Origin: a virus
Direction: 5' to 3' (one strand)
DNA length: 64,000 bases
Virus record (IMG/VR): IMGVR_UViG_3300029891_000001
Span: 1-64,000 of that record
The translations under genes and the position numbers were made by a program. The first letter of the stretch is position 1, and each line of letters opens with the position of its first letter. Below, in pieces: positions 29,827 to 40,008 of this stretch. Below the pieces are notes generated by a model that saw nothing but the letters and a program-made list of their open reading frames with translations, was not told the origin of the DNA and did no database searches.

Positions 29827-30824
29827 AAATTCTAGGAACAGAAAAAGCTCAAACTATGATAGAAAAAAGCAATTTATCAGAAAGAGAAAAAAACTTCATT
29901 GTTCAACACTTAAATGCTTTAGAATTTTCTGTAAATTCTCTTAATAATGATCTTAACTTATTGTTAAGCAAAAATGAAGGTTTAGAATTAATAAATTCTA
30001 AAAACTATTCTTATGAATCAGAAAAAGAATATCTAAAATTAAAGTTTATAAAATTATCTAATATAATAGAAGAAGTAGAAAAATTAATATCTGAAAACAT
30101 CTGTCCAGAATGTGGGCATATATTTTTAACAAATATTAGGAAGTTACTTAAATATACAGAAGAGATAACAAAAGATGATAATGAAGATGATTTATTCAAA
30201 ATTATAATGAATACTTTTCAATAAGAAGAGTATATGGGTACAATAATAAATTTTATATTAAATTTATTAAAGAAACAAAATAATAGTATAATAACTGTTA
30301 TATTTATGATTCTTGCTTCTGTTGGGATTTATTTTGCTTTTTCTAAGAATAAAACTATTGAAGAATTACAAAATGAGTTATCTAATATAGAAGTTCAAAT
30401 AAAGTATGTCCCAGTTAATCATATGATAACAGATACTATAACTAATATTATTCATCGTGTTTCTAATAAATATGATACTATTTTAGTAAATGATACTGTT
30501 TATATAATTAATACTATTGAAACACCATTTGAAGTAGATGGATATATAGAAGGAAAATATAAGCCAAAACTGTGTTTTGAAGACAGTTCTAATGACAGAG
30601 TAAGAGTTTACGGAGAAGCTGATTACCCATATTATAATTTGAAATTAACATATTATAATAAATATATAAAATTCCCAAAAACATATTGGTGGAGAATTGG
30701 ATTAAATTATGATATAAATTATAAAAATACTTTTATGAATTTATCATTCACTCCAGGAAAATTAGGGATAAATGCTTTTGTTGGAAAAGACATATATGGA
30801 ATTGGGATAAATATTGGGATATAA
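29823..30824 (+). CDS. Two hypothetical proteins (29823..30224; 30234..30824 membrane-anchored)
   Basis: ORF track; N-terminal TM helix in the second. Confidence 0.6.
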
Positions 30825-30825
30825 A

Positions 30826-31515
30826 ATGAAAAGAAATATCCAAATACTAGTACCCCATCCTGATGATGAATTTATATATTTATCTGATTTTATAAAGAAC
30901 AATCATAAATCAATCTCTAGTATTATCTTTTTTACTAGTGGAGAATTCCAATTGATAAGACATATAGATATTATATCTTATATAAATACCAGAAGAAAAG
31001 AATCAACGAATTGGATTAACTATATAGATAAAAATATTGATATAGCTTGGATGCCATTCCCAGATTCTATAAATGGATATAAATATTTAGATAGAGATTT
31101 TGTAGTAAAAGCATACAAAGAAACATATGGAATAACTCCGTTTGAATATATATGCAGATCAGTAAAGAATATGATAGATGAAAATGGGATATTAATGTAT
31201 ATCTCTAGAGAAACATTTGGGCATTCAACACATCATCTTTTGAATGAAGTTGGGAATAATATTAAAGAAAAGTTATCAATAATGTATGGACCTCAATGTC
31301 AATTTGAAATAAGGACTAGAAAAGAAGAATATATACATATTAAGAAAAAAACAAATTTTGATGAAAAAATAAAAGAATTTGAATATTTTTATCCATCACA
31401 AAAATATATTCTATCTTTGAATGGGCATAAACCAGATAAAAGTTTATATTTTTATGTAAATTTTTATAATGAATATTATTATTATAATAAATTGTGTAAA
31501 TTAAACATGGAGTAA
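30826..31515 (+). CDS. PIG-L/LmbE-family N-deacetylase
   Basis: LVPHPDDE, R..E, GH..H. Confidence 0.8.
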   Translation: MKRNIQILVPHPDDEFIYLSDFIKNNHKSISSIIFFTSGEFQLIRHIDIISYINTRRKESTNWINYIDKNIDIAWMPFPDSINGYKYLDRDFVVKAYKETYGITPFEYICRSVKNMIDENGILMYISRETFGHSTHHLLNEVGNNIKEKLSIMYGPQCQFEIRTRKEEYIHIKKKTNFDEKIKEFEYFYPSQKYILSLNGHKPDKSLYFYVNFYNEYYYYNKLCKLNME

Positions 31516-31518
31516 ACG

Positions 31519-32208
31519 ATGAACACCTCTATTAAAGTAGTCGGAAATAAAATAAAAGATACAGACATATTCTTATACTATCCAGATGATGAAATAATAG
31601 GTAAAAACATAAATGAAATTGGGCAATGGGAGCCTGAATTAACAGATTATTTTATAAAATATATTAGAGAAATTAAAAATGACTTTATTTTTATAGATAT
31701 AGGAGCACATGTAGGTTATTTTAGTTTAATTTGTGCTAATATTAGAAAAGATTGTACCGTATATGCTTTTGAGCCAAACAAAAAAATAAGTAACATTTTT
31801 AAATTAAATGCTATAGTATATAATAATATTATCATTAATGAATGTGCTATAGGATCAAAAAACGAAGAAAAAGAGTTATATTGTAGTTATAACAACACTG
31901 GGGATAATAGCTTATCTTTAGAAGAATGTAAAAAATATAATTCAGAATATTATATTTTATCATGTAAAATTAGAAATATTGATTCTTTTAATATTGATTG
32001 GGATAAAGTAAAAATAATAAAAATAGATACTCAAGGAACAGAATTAGACATTTTATTAAAGATATATTCTAAAGCAAAGAATAATACCTTATTTATATGT
32101 GAAGAAGACAAAAATTTAGAAGGAATATTACGAAATAATGAAGTAGAGTATAACAAAATAATGTATGACTTAATTTGGGTAAAAACAAAGGAGCTATATG
32201 AAAGTTAA
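31519..32208 (+). CDS. FkbM-family methyltransferase
   Basis: WEP, FIDIGAHVGYFS, AFEPN, KIDTQGTE. Confidence 0.88.
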   Translation: MNTSIKVVGNKIKDTDIFLYYPDDEIIGKNINEIGQWEPELTDYFIKYIREIKNDFIFIDIGAHVGYFSLICANIRKDCTVYAFEPNKKISNIFKLNAIVYNNIIINECAIGSKNEEKELYCSYNNTGDNSLSLEECKKYNSEYYILSCKIRNIDSFNIDWDKVKIIKIDTQGTELDILLKIYSKAKNNTLFICEEDKNLEGILRNNEVEYNKIMYDLIWVKTKELYES

Positions 32209-32446
32209 CTTAAAAGCTTGGGAAAGAAAGCCTATATTTACTCCCTTTAAAGATAATTGGAATAAATTTATTCCATTTATTAAAACATTTTGGAACAATA
32301 AACATGTATCAAGTACAATATTTTGGGACGATGAACATATTCTTCCTCAATATTATGAAATGAATGTTGATACAAGTACTGCTACAAGTACTGCTACAAA
32401 TGTTGCTATAAGCCATTATAATATACCAAATATATCGGGAGTATAA
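32198..32446 (+). CDS. MKIxL-type small protein (MKVNL)
   Basis: AAGGAG RBS; internal TSTATSTAT repeat. Confidence 0.6.
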   Translation: MKVNLKAWERKPIFTPFKDNWNKFIPFIKTFWNNKHVSSTIFWDDEHILPQYYEMNVDTSTATSTATNVAISHYNIPNISGV

Positions 32447-32448
32447 TA

Positions 32449-33588
32449 ATGTTATATTTAATAGATTTAGAGAGTTATAAAGAAAGATATACATATTGGT
32501 GGAAAGATTACATTCCATCAGAATTTTTTAAATATAATCTTGAATTTGAAATTATAGAAGGAGGCCAATTAACTAAAACAGTTGATGTTGGTACAGTATT
32601 AGATGCTGCTGGAACTAATTATTACAAATCTATCCAATTACAAAAAATATGCGAGTTATTTAAAGCGAATAGAATAAAAGACAATGATCATTTTCTTATA
32701 GCTGATATATGGTTTCCTGGTATAGAGATGATAAGATATATGGCTAATTTATATCATAAAAAAGTATATATATGGGGTATATGGCACGCTGGTTCTATAA
32801 CTATGGGTGATTTCGCACAAATTATGAATCCATGGTCTAAATATTTTGAATACGGATTTATTAATATGTGCGATGGAGTATTCGTAGGAAGCGAATATTC
32901 TAAAAACTCTATATTAGAAAGATTAACTGTAGATTTCAAAATGACAGAAGAAGAATACAAATCATTATCTAAAAAAATACACGCATATGGTATGCCATTA
33001 GACTACAATTACTTGCAAAAATTTAATAATGTAGAAAAAGAAAATATTATTATCTTCCCACATAGACCAGACGAAGAAAAGGGAATAAATGAATTTTTAA
33101 ATTTAATTGAATATTTATTCATGAAGTGGGATAAAGTATTTGATTACACTTTTCTTTTCACTACTTCTAAATTAAAATATAAATCTCAATCAGAAATTAT
33201 AAACAATAGATTATCATTTTTACAATCTAATACCAATTTGAATAACAACATAATTATAAAAGAAAATCTTGATAAAGAAGAATATTATTCACTATTGGGC
33301 AAGTCTAAATTTATGATATCAACTTCTTTAGAAGAAAATTTTGGATATGTTGCAGTAGAAGCGTTAGCTCTTGGGTGCCATGTTTTAGTTCCCAATAATT
33401 TCTCATATCCAGAATTAGTAGAGGGAGATAAAAATTGTTTATATGATACTTTAGAAGAATTAGCTGATAAAATAAAACATTTTAATAAAAACGAGATAAT
33501 TAATAGAAACATTTTTCTTAATTATGCAGAACCATATAATAGAGTCGTGCATAAGTGGATAGGCATAATGATGGGGGTTATAACGTGA
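32449..33588 (+). CDS. GT-B (GT4-like) glycosyltransferase
   Basis: FPHR...EKG, EENFGYVAVEALALG...VP...SYPE. Confidence 0.85.
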   Translation: MLYLIDLESYKERYTYWWKDYIPSEFFKYNLEFEIIEGGQLTKTVDVGTVLDAAGTNYYKSIQLQKICELFKANRIKDNDHFLIADIWFPGIEMIRYMANLYHKKVYIWGIWHAGSITMGDFAQIMNPWSKYFEYGFINMCDGVFVGSEYSKNSILERLTVDFKMTEEEYKSLSKKIHAYGMPLDYNYLQKFNNVEKENIIIFPHRPDEEKGINEFLNLIEYLFMKWDKVFDYTFLFTTSKLKYKSQSEIINNRLSFLQSNTNLNNNIIIKENLDKEEYYSLLGKSKFMISTSLEENFGYVAVEALALGCHVLVPNNFSYPELVEGDKNCLYDTLEELADKIKHFNKNEIINRNIFLNYAEPYNRVVHKWIGIMMGVIT

Positions 33589-33702
33589 ATTTCATAGACT
33601 TAATAATAGGGATAATACTTACCACAATATTATTTATCTGTTGCACCGCATTAATAATATGGATGGTTAAATTTTCAAAAGAATTTAAGAAAGACATACT
33701 GA

Positions 33703-34887
33703 ATGAAAACAATTTACATTCCAGCATTATTGACAGGGATAGAGAATCCGATAAAAAGATGTCTGATACCAGGGAATAAATTTGGTTTATGGAATGGATA
33801 TGATCCAGCTTGGTTTACTGATTTAAGTGTCTTCCAACATCCATACGTTTTAGTGTCTTATTATTATTCTGGGAAAATACCCAACTATAGAGAAAGATTA
33901 AGAATAAGACCAGAAGTAGAACTATGGGCAGATTCTGGGGGTTATTCTGTCTTTACTCAAGGAGCTAAAATAAATCCCATAGAAGTATTAAGATGGCAAG
34001 AAAAAAATTCTAATGTAGCATTTACATTAGACGTTCCCCCTGCATCTTCTGAAAATGTTGGAAGAGTATATCCAGGAAAAGTTCAATATCACGTGTTAGA
34101 TGAATTTGAAAAGTGTGCAGAACAAACAAGAAAAAATACTTTATTTTTTCAAGAAAATAGAAATTCTGATAAATTAAAGATATATAATATAGTTCAAGGA
34201 TATAATAAACAATCTCTAGAATTATGGTGGGATTATGTTACAAATGGAATAAAACTAGATGGATTTGGGACAGGGACTAAACCCACGAGTAACACTCTAA
34301 TGCAAGCCTTGTGCTTAATGTTCTTATATAGTAAGGGTGTAAGAGAGAATGTTCATTTATTGGGTGTAAGTGGGATTACTGTTATCCCATTGTTAGTTTG
34401 GGTATCTCAATATATCAAAAAAGTAACTTTTGACTCTACTAGTTATGGATATGGGTCTAGAACTAGAGCTTATATGTATCCAGATAAAATAAGAGAATAT
34501 ACTCATTTTGGGAAAAAATATAAGACTAAAATAAAACCCCTGACTAAGTTAAATTGCCCATGCCCGATATGCACTACTGTAAAAACTGTAGATTATTTTC
34601 TAGAAAATGATGTGACTTGGCCTGGATTGTTATTATCATTACATAACTTGTGGGTAACAAAAAAATATGTAGAAGATCTAGAAAGAGCTATATTAATAAG
34701 TAAAGAAGAATTTTTTAAGCTTTCTAAACAACATGTTGGGAATCATTATGAAAGTTTATTATTATCAATAAATTTTGTAGAAGAATGTATAAGTAAAGGA
34801 TTTGATGTAACTTATAATAAATACTTTGTAAATCATGAAGCAGAGAAGAGAAGATTTAAACAAAGGAAATTAACGTCATATGTCTAG
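33703..34887 (+). CDS. TGT-fold guanine transglycosylase, probably DpdA-like (7-deazaguanine insertion into DNA)
   Basis: ADSGGYS, LDVPP, VQG, HLLG, FDSTS, CPCPIC...HN; same region as folE/queD/queE. Confidence 0.82.
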   Translation: MKTIYIPALLTGIENPIKRCLIPGNKFGLWNGYDPAWFTDLSVFQHPYVLVSYYYSGKIPNYRERLRIRPEVELWADSGGYSVFTQGAKINPIEVLRWQEKNSNVAFTLDVPPASSENVGRVYPGKVQYHVLDEFEKCAEQTRKNTLFFQENRNSDKLKIYNIVQGYNKQSLELWWDYVTNGIKLDGFGTGTKPTSNTLMQALCLMFLYSKGVRENVHLLGVSGITVIPLLVWVSQYIKKVTFDSTSYGYGSRTRAYMYPDKIREYTHFGKKYKTKIKPLTKLNCPCPICTTVKTVDYFLENDVTWPGLLLSLHNLWVTKKYVEDLERAILISKEEFFKLSKQHVGNHYESLLLSINFVEECISKGFDVTYNKYFVNHEAEKRRFKQRKLTSYV

Positions 34888-35398
34888 AATATTTGCTCCA
34901 ACATTCCTTGGAAAACATACTTATCCCAATTATGATAAAATGATAGAAGAGATAGAAAATATCTTCAACGAAAATGATGATATTATTCTTGATTTAGAAT
35001 TTATATCTATTAAAGAAATAGACCCATATTTTACTTCTGTGTTAATAGAAATGTATAATAAAGATTTTACAGTAAGGACTAGAAGTAAAACTTACATTAA
35101 AAAATTACAAGATATTTTTAGAAGAAATGTTCTACAATATTCGCCAATTCTTATAAAAGAAGGATATTATCACATTAAAGTATATAAGGATTGAATTATG
35201 GAAAATATAAAATATGGAATACAATGTAAGGAATGTAATGATAGAATTTTTTCTTTTTATCGTCATGATTTTAAGTGTTGTCAATGTAAATCTACATATA
35301 TAGATGGAGGAGATGACTATTTTAAAGTTAGTGGCGATCCAAATAATGTAGAAACAATTATATTTTGTGAAGAAATAGATATAATTAGAAAAAAATAA
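34880..35398 (+). CDS. Two small proteins (34880..35194; 35198..35398 zinc-binding)
   Basis: Second has the CxxC...RHDF..C.C...IDGG..Y motif common in phages. Confidence 0.65.
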
Positions 35399-35399
35399 A

Positions 35400-38300
35400 A
35401 TGGGTAACTTTTGTCATTTACATGGACATTCTGAATATTCTGCTTTAGATGGATTCAGTAAAATAATAGAAATACCAAAAAGAGCTAAAGAATTAAATCA
35501 AAATTCTATAGCATTAACAGATCATGGTTCTTTATCTGGAATTTACAAATTTTATAAAGCTTGTAAAGAAGAAAAAATAAAACCCATTCTAGGTATAGAA
35601 GGATATCTTTGTGATGATGTTAAGAAAAAGGGGGATATATATCATATAGTTTTATTATCAAAGAACGAAGAAGGATGGAGAAATATATTAAAATTGTTTA
35701 GAATATCTCATGAAAATATATATTATAAACCAAGAATAGATTTTGATATTTTAAATAAATATAAAAATGGAATAATTTGTTTAAGTGCTTGTTTACATGG
35801 GATTATAGCTAGACCAATATTGAAGGGAAATATGGAATTAGCTATAAAAAATACTGGAATAATGAAATCAATGTTTAAAGATGATTTTTATATAGAGATA
35901 ATGGATCATGGAATAGAAGAACAAAAATATATAAATGCTAATTTGAGAGAAATATCTAATAAATACGAAATCAAAAGAGTAGCTACAGTAGATTATCATT
36001 ATGTTTATAAAGAAGACGCCCCATTACAAGACATCCTTTTGTGCGACCAGATGAAAAGCACTATTGATAATCCAAAACGAATGAGAATGAAAACAGAAGA
36101 ATTCTATATTAAACACAGAGATGAAATTCCAGCAGAAAAAGAAGAATTAGACAATACTTTAGAAGTAGAAGAAAAATGTAATACTTCTATAAGAAAACAT
36201 AATTATCTATTGTTAAATATAGAAGATCATAATGATATGTTAATGAATGAAATTAATAATGGGCTAAAAGAAAGAAATTTAATAGAAAATGGTGAAATTA
36301 TCCCGATATATAAAGAAAGATTAAGAGAAGAATGGAAAGTAATTATAGAAAGTAATTTATCAACTTATTTATTGACTGTTTCTGATTATGTAAGATATGC
36401 TAAGAACAACAATATTCTAGTCGGGCCAGGAAGAGGAAGTGTAGGGGGATGTTTAATTGCGTATTTACTTGGGATTCATGATATAGATCCAATAAAACAC
36501 AAATTATTATTTAGTAGATTTTATAATCCAGGAAGAAAAAGTTCTCTCCCAGATATAGATATAGATTTTCCGTTAAATAAAATAGATCAAATTATTAAAT
36601 ATATAACTGATAAATATGAATATGAAAAAGTTTCTCATATTGGAACAAACACTTTTCTAGAAATGAAAGGAGCATTAAAACTCATATGCAGATGTCTTGG
36701 TGTTGGGTTTGATATTGCTAATCAATATAGTAAAATTTTAGATAGCCCAGAAGAAACTTTTATAAAAGAAAAAGAAGATTCTAATTTTAAATCATTATAT
36801 GACAAAGCTAAAAAATTCCATAAACTAGCGATGTATCAAAGCATCCATGCTGCCGGAATTATTATAAGTCCAATTAATTTAGAAAAATTAGTACCATTAA
36901 GATATAATAATGATAATTCTTTAGTGTCTTGTTGGGACATGAAAGATATAGAAGATATTGGGCTTATAAAATACGATATTTTACATCTTAATACGCTAGA
37001 TTCTATAGCAGAAACTATTGAAAAGATTGGGATAAAAATAAAAGATATTCCATTAGATGATCCTAAAACATTTCAATTAATAAATAATACTAACAATGTA
37101 GGTGTATTTCAGTTAAGTTCTGTGGGAATATCTAAATTAGCTAATCAATTAAAAGTAGAATCTATAGATGATATAGCTGTTGTTGTCGCTCTATATCGTC
37201 CTGGCCCACTTGCTTCTAATTTTCACAATATGTATATAAAAAGAAAATTTGGGGAAGAACCAGTAACTTATATTCATGAAAAACTAGAACCCATATTGAA
37301 AAGTACTTATGGGATATTAATCTATCAAGAACAAATTACAGCTATAGGCCAACATGTTGCTGGATTCTCTGAAACAGAAGCTGATAGTTTAAGAAAAGCA
37401 GTTGGTAAAAAAATACCAGAACTTATGAAAAAACAAGAAAAACCCTTTAAAGAGGGATGTCTTAATAATGGATTAGACAAAAAGAGTGTTGATACTTTAT
37501 GGGAGCAGATAAAAGAATTCGCTGAATATAGTTTTAATAGGAGCCATTCTGTGGCATACGCTTATATAACTTATTACACTGCTTATTTAAAAGCTCATTA
37601 CACAATAAACTTTATGTGTTCTTTATTAAATAATAATTTTAGAAAACCAGATAAATTATCTATATATTTAAAAGAATGTTCTAAACTTGATATTCAAGTA
37701 GTTACTCCTTCTGTAAATGGAGAATCAGATTTTTCTATTAAAAATAATAAAATTATATTCGGATTAAAGGGAGTAAAAGGATTAGGAGACAAAACGACAA
37801 ATGACATAGTAGAAATAAAAAACAGTAAAAAAAATAAATTATTTGAAGATTTCGATGATTTTTGTTTTTCTTGTCATCCTTCATCTGATATTCTAATTGA
37901 TCTTACAGAAGCCGGAGCTTTTGATGAATTCAAATATAATAGAAATGAAATTATAAGTTCTATTCAAATTATTTCAGAACAACTTAAAAAAGACAATAAA
38001 AAAAGTTCAAAAACTAAAAGCTTATTCAAAGTAAATAAAAATATAAATATTCAAAAATTAGAAGAATTACCAGAAGATATATTAGCAGATAAAGAATATG
38101 ACAGATTAGGTGTTTATATAAAATATAATCCATTAAACAAAAAAGACTTAGAAAATTATACCCCAGAAGAATTAACAGAATCTATCTCTATTGGGGGGTA
38201 TTTAAGAGAAATATCGAATAAATATACAAAAACAAATAAACTTATGGGAGTAGGAAATTTAGTAACTCTATATGGGGAAATAGAAGTTCTATTTTTCCCA

Positions 38301-38405
38301 AGTTTGTATGAAAAGAATAAGAATATTATAAGAAAAGGAAATTATATAGTAGTTGAAGGACAATACGACAATAAAATTTTAGCGAGAAAAGTATGGAGTA
38401 TATAA
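35400..38405 (+). CDS. dnaE: DNA polymerase III alpha subunit (family C)
   Basis: PHP domain HLHGHSEYS.LDG and LTDHG; GPGRGS; PDIDID; HAAG; YQEQ; YSFNRSH. Confidence 0.97.
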   Translation: MGNFCHLHGHSEYSALDGFSKIIEIPKRAKELNQNSIALTDHGSLSGIYKFYKACKEEKIKPILGIEGYLCDDVKKKGDIYHIVLLSKNEEGWRNILKLFRISHENIYYKPRIDFDILNKYKNGIICLSACLHGIIARPILKGNMELAIKNTGIMKSMFKDDFYIEIMDHGIEEQKYINANLREISNKYEIKRVATVDYHYVYKEDAPLQDILLCDQMKSTIDNPKRMRMKTEEFYIKHRDEIPAEKEELDNTLEVEEKCNTSIRKHNYLLLNIEDHNDMLMNEINNGLKERNLIENGEIIPIYKERLREEWKVIIESNLSTYLLTVSDYVRYAKNNNILVGPGRGSVGGCLIAYLLGIHDIDPIKHKLLFSRFYNPGRKSSLPDIDIDFPLNKIDQIIKYITDKYEYEKVSHIGTNTFLEMKGALKLICRCLGVGFDIANQYSKILDSPEETFIKEKEDSNFKSLYDKAKKFHKLAMYQSIHAAGIIISPINLEKLVPLRYNNDNSLVSCWDMKDIEDIGLIKYDILHLNTLDSIAETIEKIGIKIKDIPLDDPKTFQLINNTNNVGVFQLSSVGISKLANQLKVESIDDIAVVVALYRPGPLASNFHNMYIKRKFGEEPVTYIHEKLEPILKSTYGILIYQEQITAIGQHVAGFSETEADSLRKAVGKKIPELMKKQEKPFKEGCLNNGLDKKSVDTLWEQIKEFAEYSFNRSHSVAYAYITYYTAYLKAHYTINFMCSLLNNNFRKPDKLSIYLKECSKLDIQVVTPSVNGESDFSIKNNKIIFGLKGVKGLGDKTTNDIVEIKNSKKNKLFEDFDDFCFSCHPSSDILIDLTEAGAFDEFKYNRNEIISSIQIISEQLKKDNKKSSKTKSLFKVNKNINIQKLEELPEDILADKEYDRLGVYIKYNPLNKKDLENYTPEELTESISIGGYLREISNKYTKTNKLMGVGNLVTLYGEIEVLFFPSLYEKNKNIIRKGNYIVVEGQYDNKILARKVWSI

Positions 38406-38662
38406 AAAACACAATTTTATATTTTATTTCTTATTTAGATATTTTAGCAAGTATCTTTCTACTAATAAGTTATAAAAAAATAGGGAATAAAGATGTAGAT
38501 GGATGGGGATATAATATAATCGGGTCATTCTTATTTGTCGTATGGGGTGTTACAATTCCATATCATGTGTCTAAAACTCCAGCTGTGGGGCTTATTATAT
38601 TAAATGCTATCTTTGTTGTCGTTGGGATATATAACTTATATAACTGGAAGAAAAATATATAA
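38393..38662 (+). CDS. Small three-TM membrane protein
   Basis: Hydrophobic helices; GIYN.YNW tail. Confidence 0.65.
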   Translation: MEYIKNTILYFISYLDILASIFLLISYKKIGNKDVDGWGYNIIGSFLFVVWGVTIPYHVSKTPAVGLIILNAIFVVVGIYNLYNWKKNI

Positions 38663-38992
38663 ATGAGATTTATAAAATTAAACAAGCATTTTGGTATAGC
38701 CATTTGTCCGGGGTGTGGAAAGCCATCGGGAAGATCTCTGTTGAGCAATATGAATCAACAAGATAGGATGTGTTTTGCTTGTCGTGCCAAACAACCACAG
38801 GCCGAATCTGCCGAGAAAATAGACAAATTCATAAACGAATTTATAGTAACTTTTATTGAAGAAGTGCACGAATGGATAGGGCCTTCCATCGTAGAAAATT
38901 ATCCTGACCAGAGATATTCACATATCAAGCAAGCTCTAAAAAGAAAACTTATCGCATGGCTCGCGGCTCACGAAGCCAGAAAGAAGAATTAA
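38663..38992 (+). CDS. Zinc-finger hypothetical protein, GC-richer
   Basis: CPGC...CFAC. Confidence 0.6.
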   Translation: MRFIKLNKHFGIAICPGCGKPSGRSLLSNMNQQDRMCFACRAKQPQAESAEKIDKFINEFIVTFIEEVHEWIGPSIVENYPDQRYSHIKQALKRKLIAWLAAHEARKKN

Positions 38993-38994
38993 CG

Positions 38995-39396
38995 ATGATT
39001 GAATCATTACAAAAATATTGGAAAGAAGCTGTTTGGATTTTTAGCGTTGTATTTATAGCATTTACTTTCTATTCATGGAAAGTTGAAGTAGAAGAAACTA
39101 AATAAAAAGTTGTTAAATTTGAAGAAACATTTCAAAATATAGCTCAAATAGCACAAAGACTTGAAAATCCTAATATATGGCTTAAAAATTATTTACTTTC
39201 TCATGGGGAAGACAGTTTATCAATAGAGGAATGGGTGTTTTATACAAGAAAAGTTCCACTAGATACACTAAAAAATCCAAGAAATAATGTTATTTTTTAT
39301 GATAGTACGATATTCCCAGAAGTAGGTGTTATTAATATGTATATATCTGGAGAATTAAAAACTTTAGACACATTGTGGGATTATAGAAGGAAATAA
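38995..39396 (+). pseudogene. Membrane-anchored protein gene interrupted by an in-frame TAA
   Basis: 36 codons with a TM helix, TAA at 39103-39105, then 96 open codons in the same frame. Confidence 0.6.
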
Positions 39397-39421
39397 TATA
39401 AATTATAAATAGGAATAAAAA

Positions 39422-40008
39422 ATGAGTATTAAAGTTCTTTTATATTCTCTGTTTCATACTCCTGTTAAATACGCAAAGTTATACGAATCAGAAGATAGTA
39501 AAAACATCTACAATACAACACAATGTGTATGGTCTACTGATAAAGTGTGGATTTATAAAGATGGAAAAATTATAGGCAAGAAACTAATGGATTTATGCAG
39601 AACCGAGATAATTAGGAAGGAATTATAATGACATTAAAAGAAAAAGTAAAATTATCCTATTCTTTATATCGTGAAGAATTGCAAAAATATGATTTTTTTA
39701 TATCTGGTAGTGTTGTTAATAATATTTTCAATGACAATACTAATATAGAAATAGTGATATATGACGAAGATGCTAGCAATGCTTATGATTACATAAGGAA
39801 TTTATATAATTCTAAAGAAATACAATTAGAGAGCGAAGAAACATTTATAGAAGAAGTAGAGATAAAACATAACAAAAAATTATATATTATTAATTTCAAA
39901 GATATTTATAAAACTAATCAAAGAGTATTCATATATATAACTAACAAAGAAAAAACAGAAAGAGATAAAACAAAAATTATAACTTTCGGGGAGTTTTTAC
40001 AATTATGA
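39422..40008 (+). CDS. Two hypothetical proteins (39422..39628; 39628..40008)
   Basis: Coupled ORFs with RBSs. Confidence 0.6.

Noticed and set aside
24995-38405. Inteins or introns in DnaB or DnaE
   Set aside because: Lengths and motif spacing are normal; no intein or homing-endonuclease motifs were seen.
38995-39396. Genome-wide stop-codon reassignment
   Set aside because: Only one interrupted ORF was seen. Long genes are intact in the standard code, and TAA, TAG and TGA all end genes.
39628-40008. Nucleotidyltransferase
   Set aside because: It has a GS motif but lacks the DxD catalytic pair (reads NIE); too weak to call.
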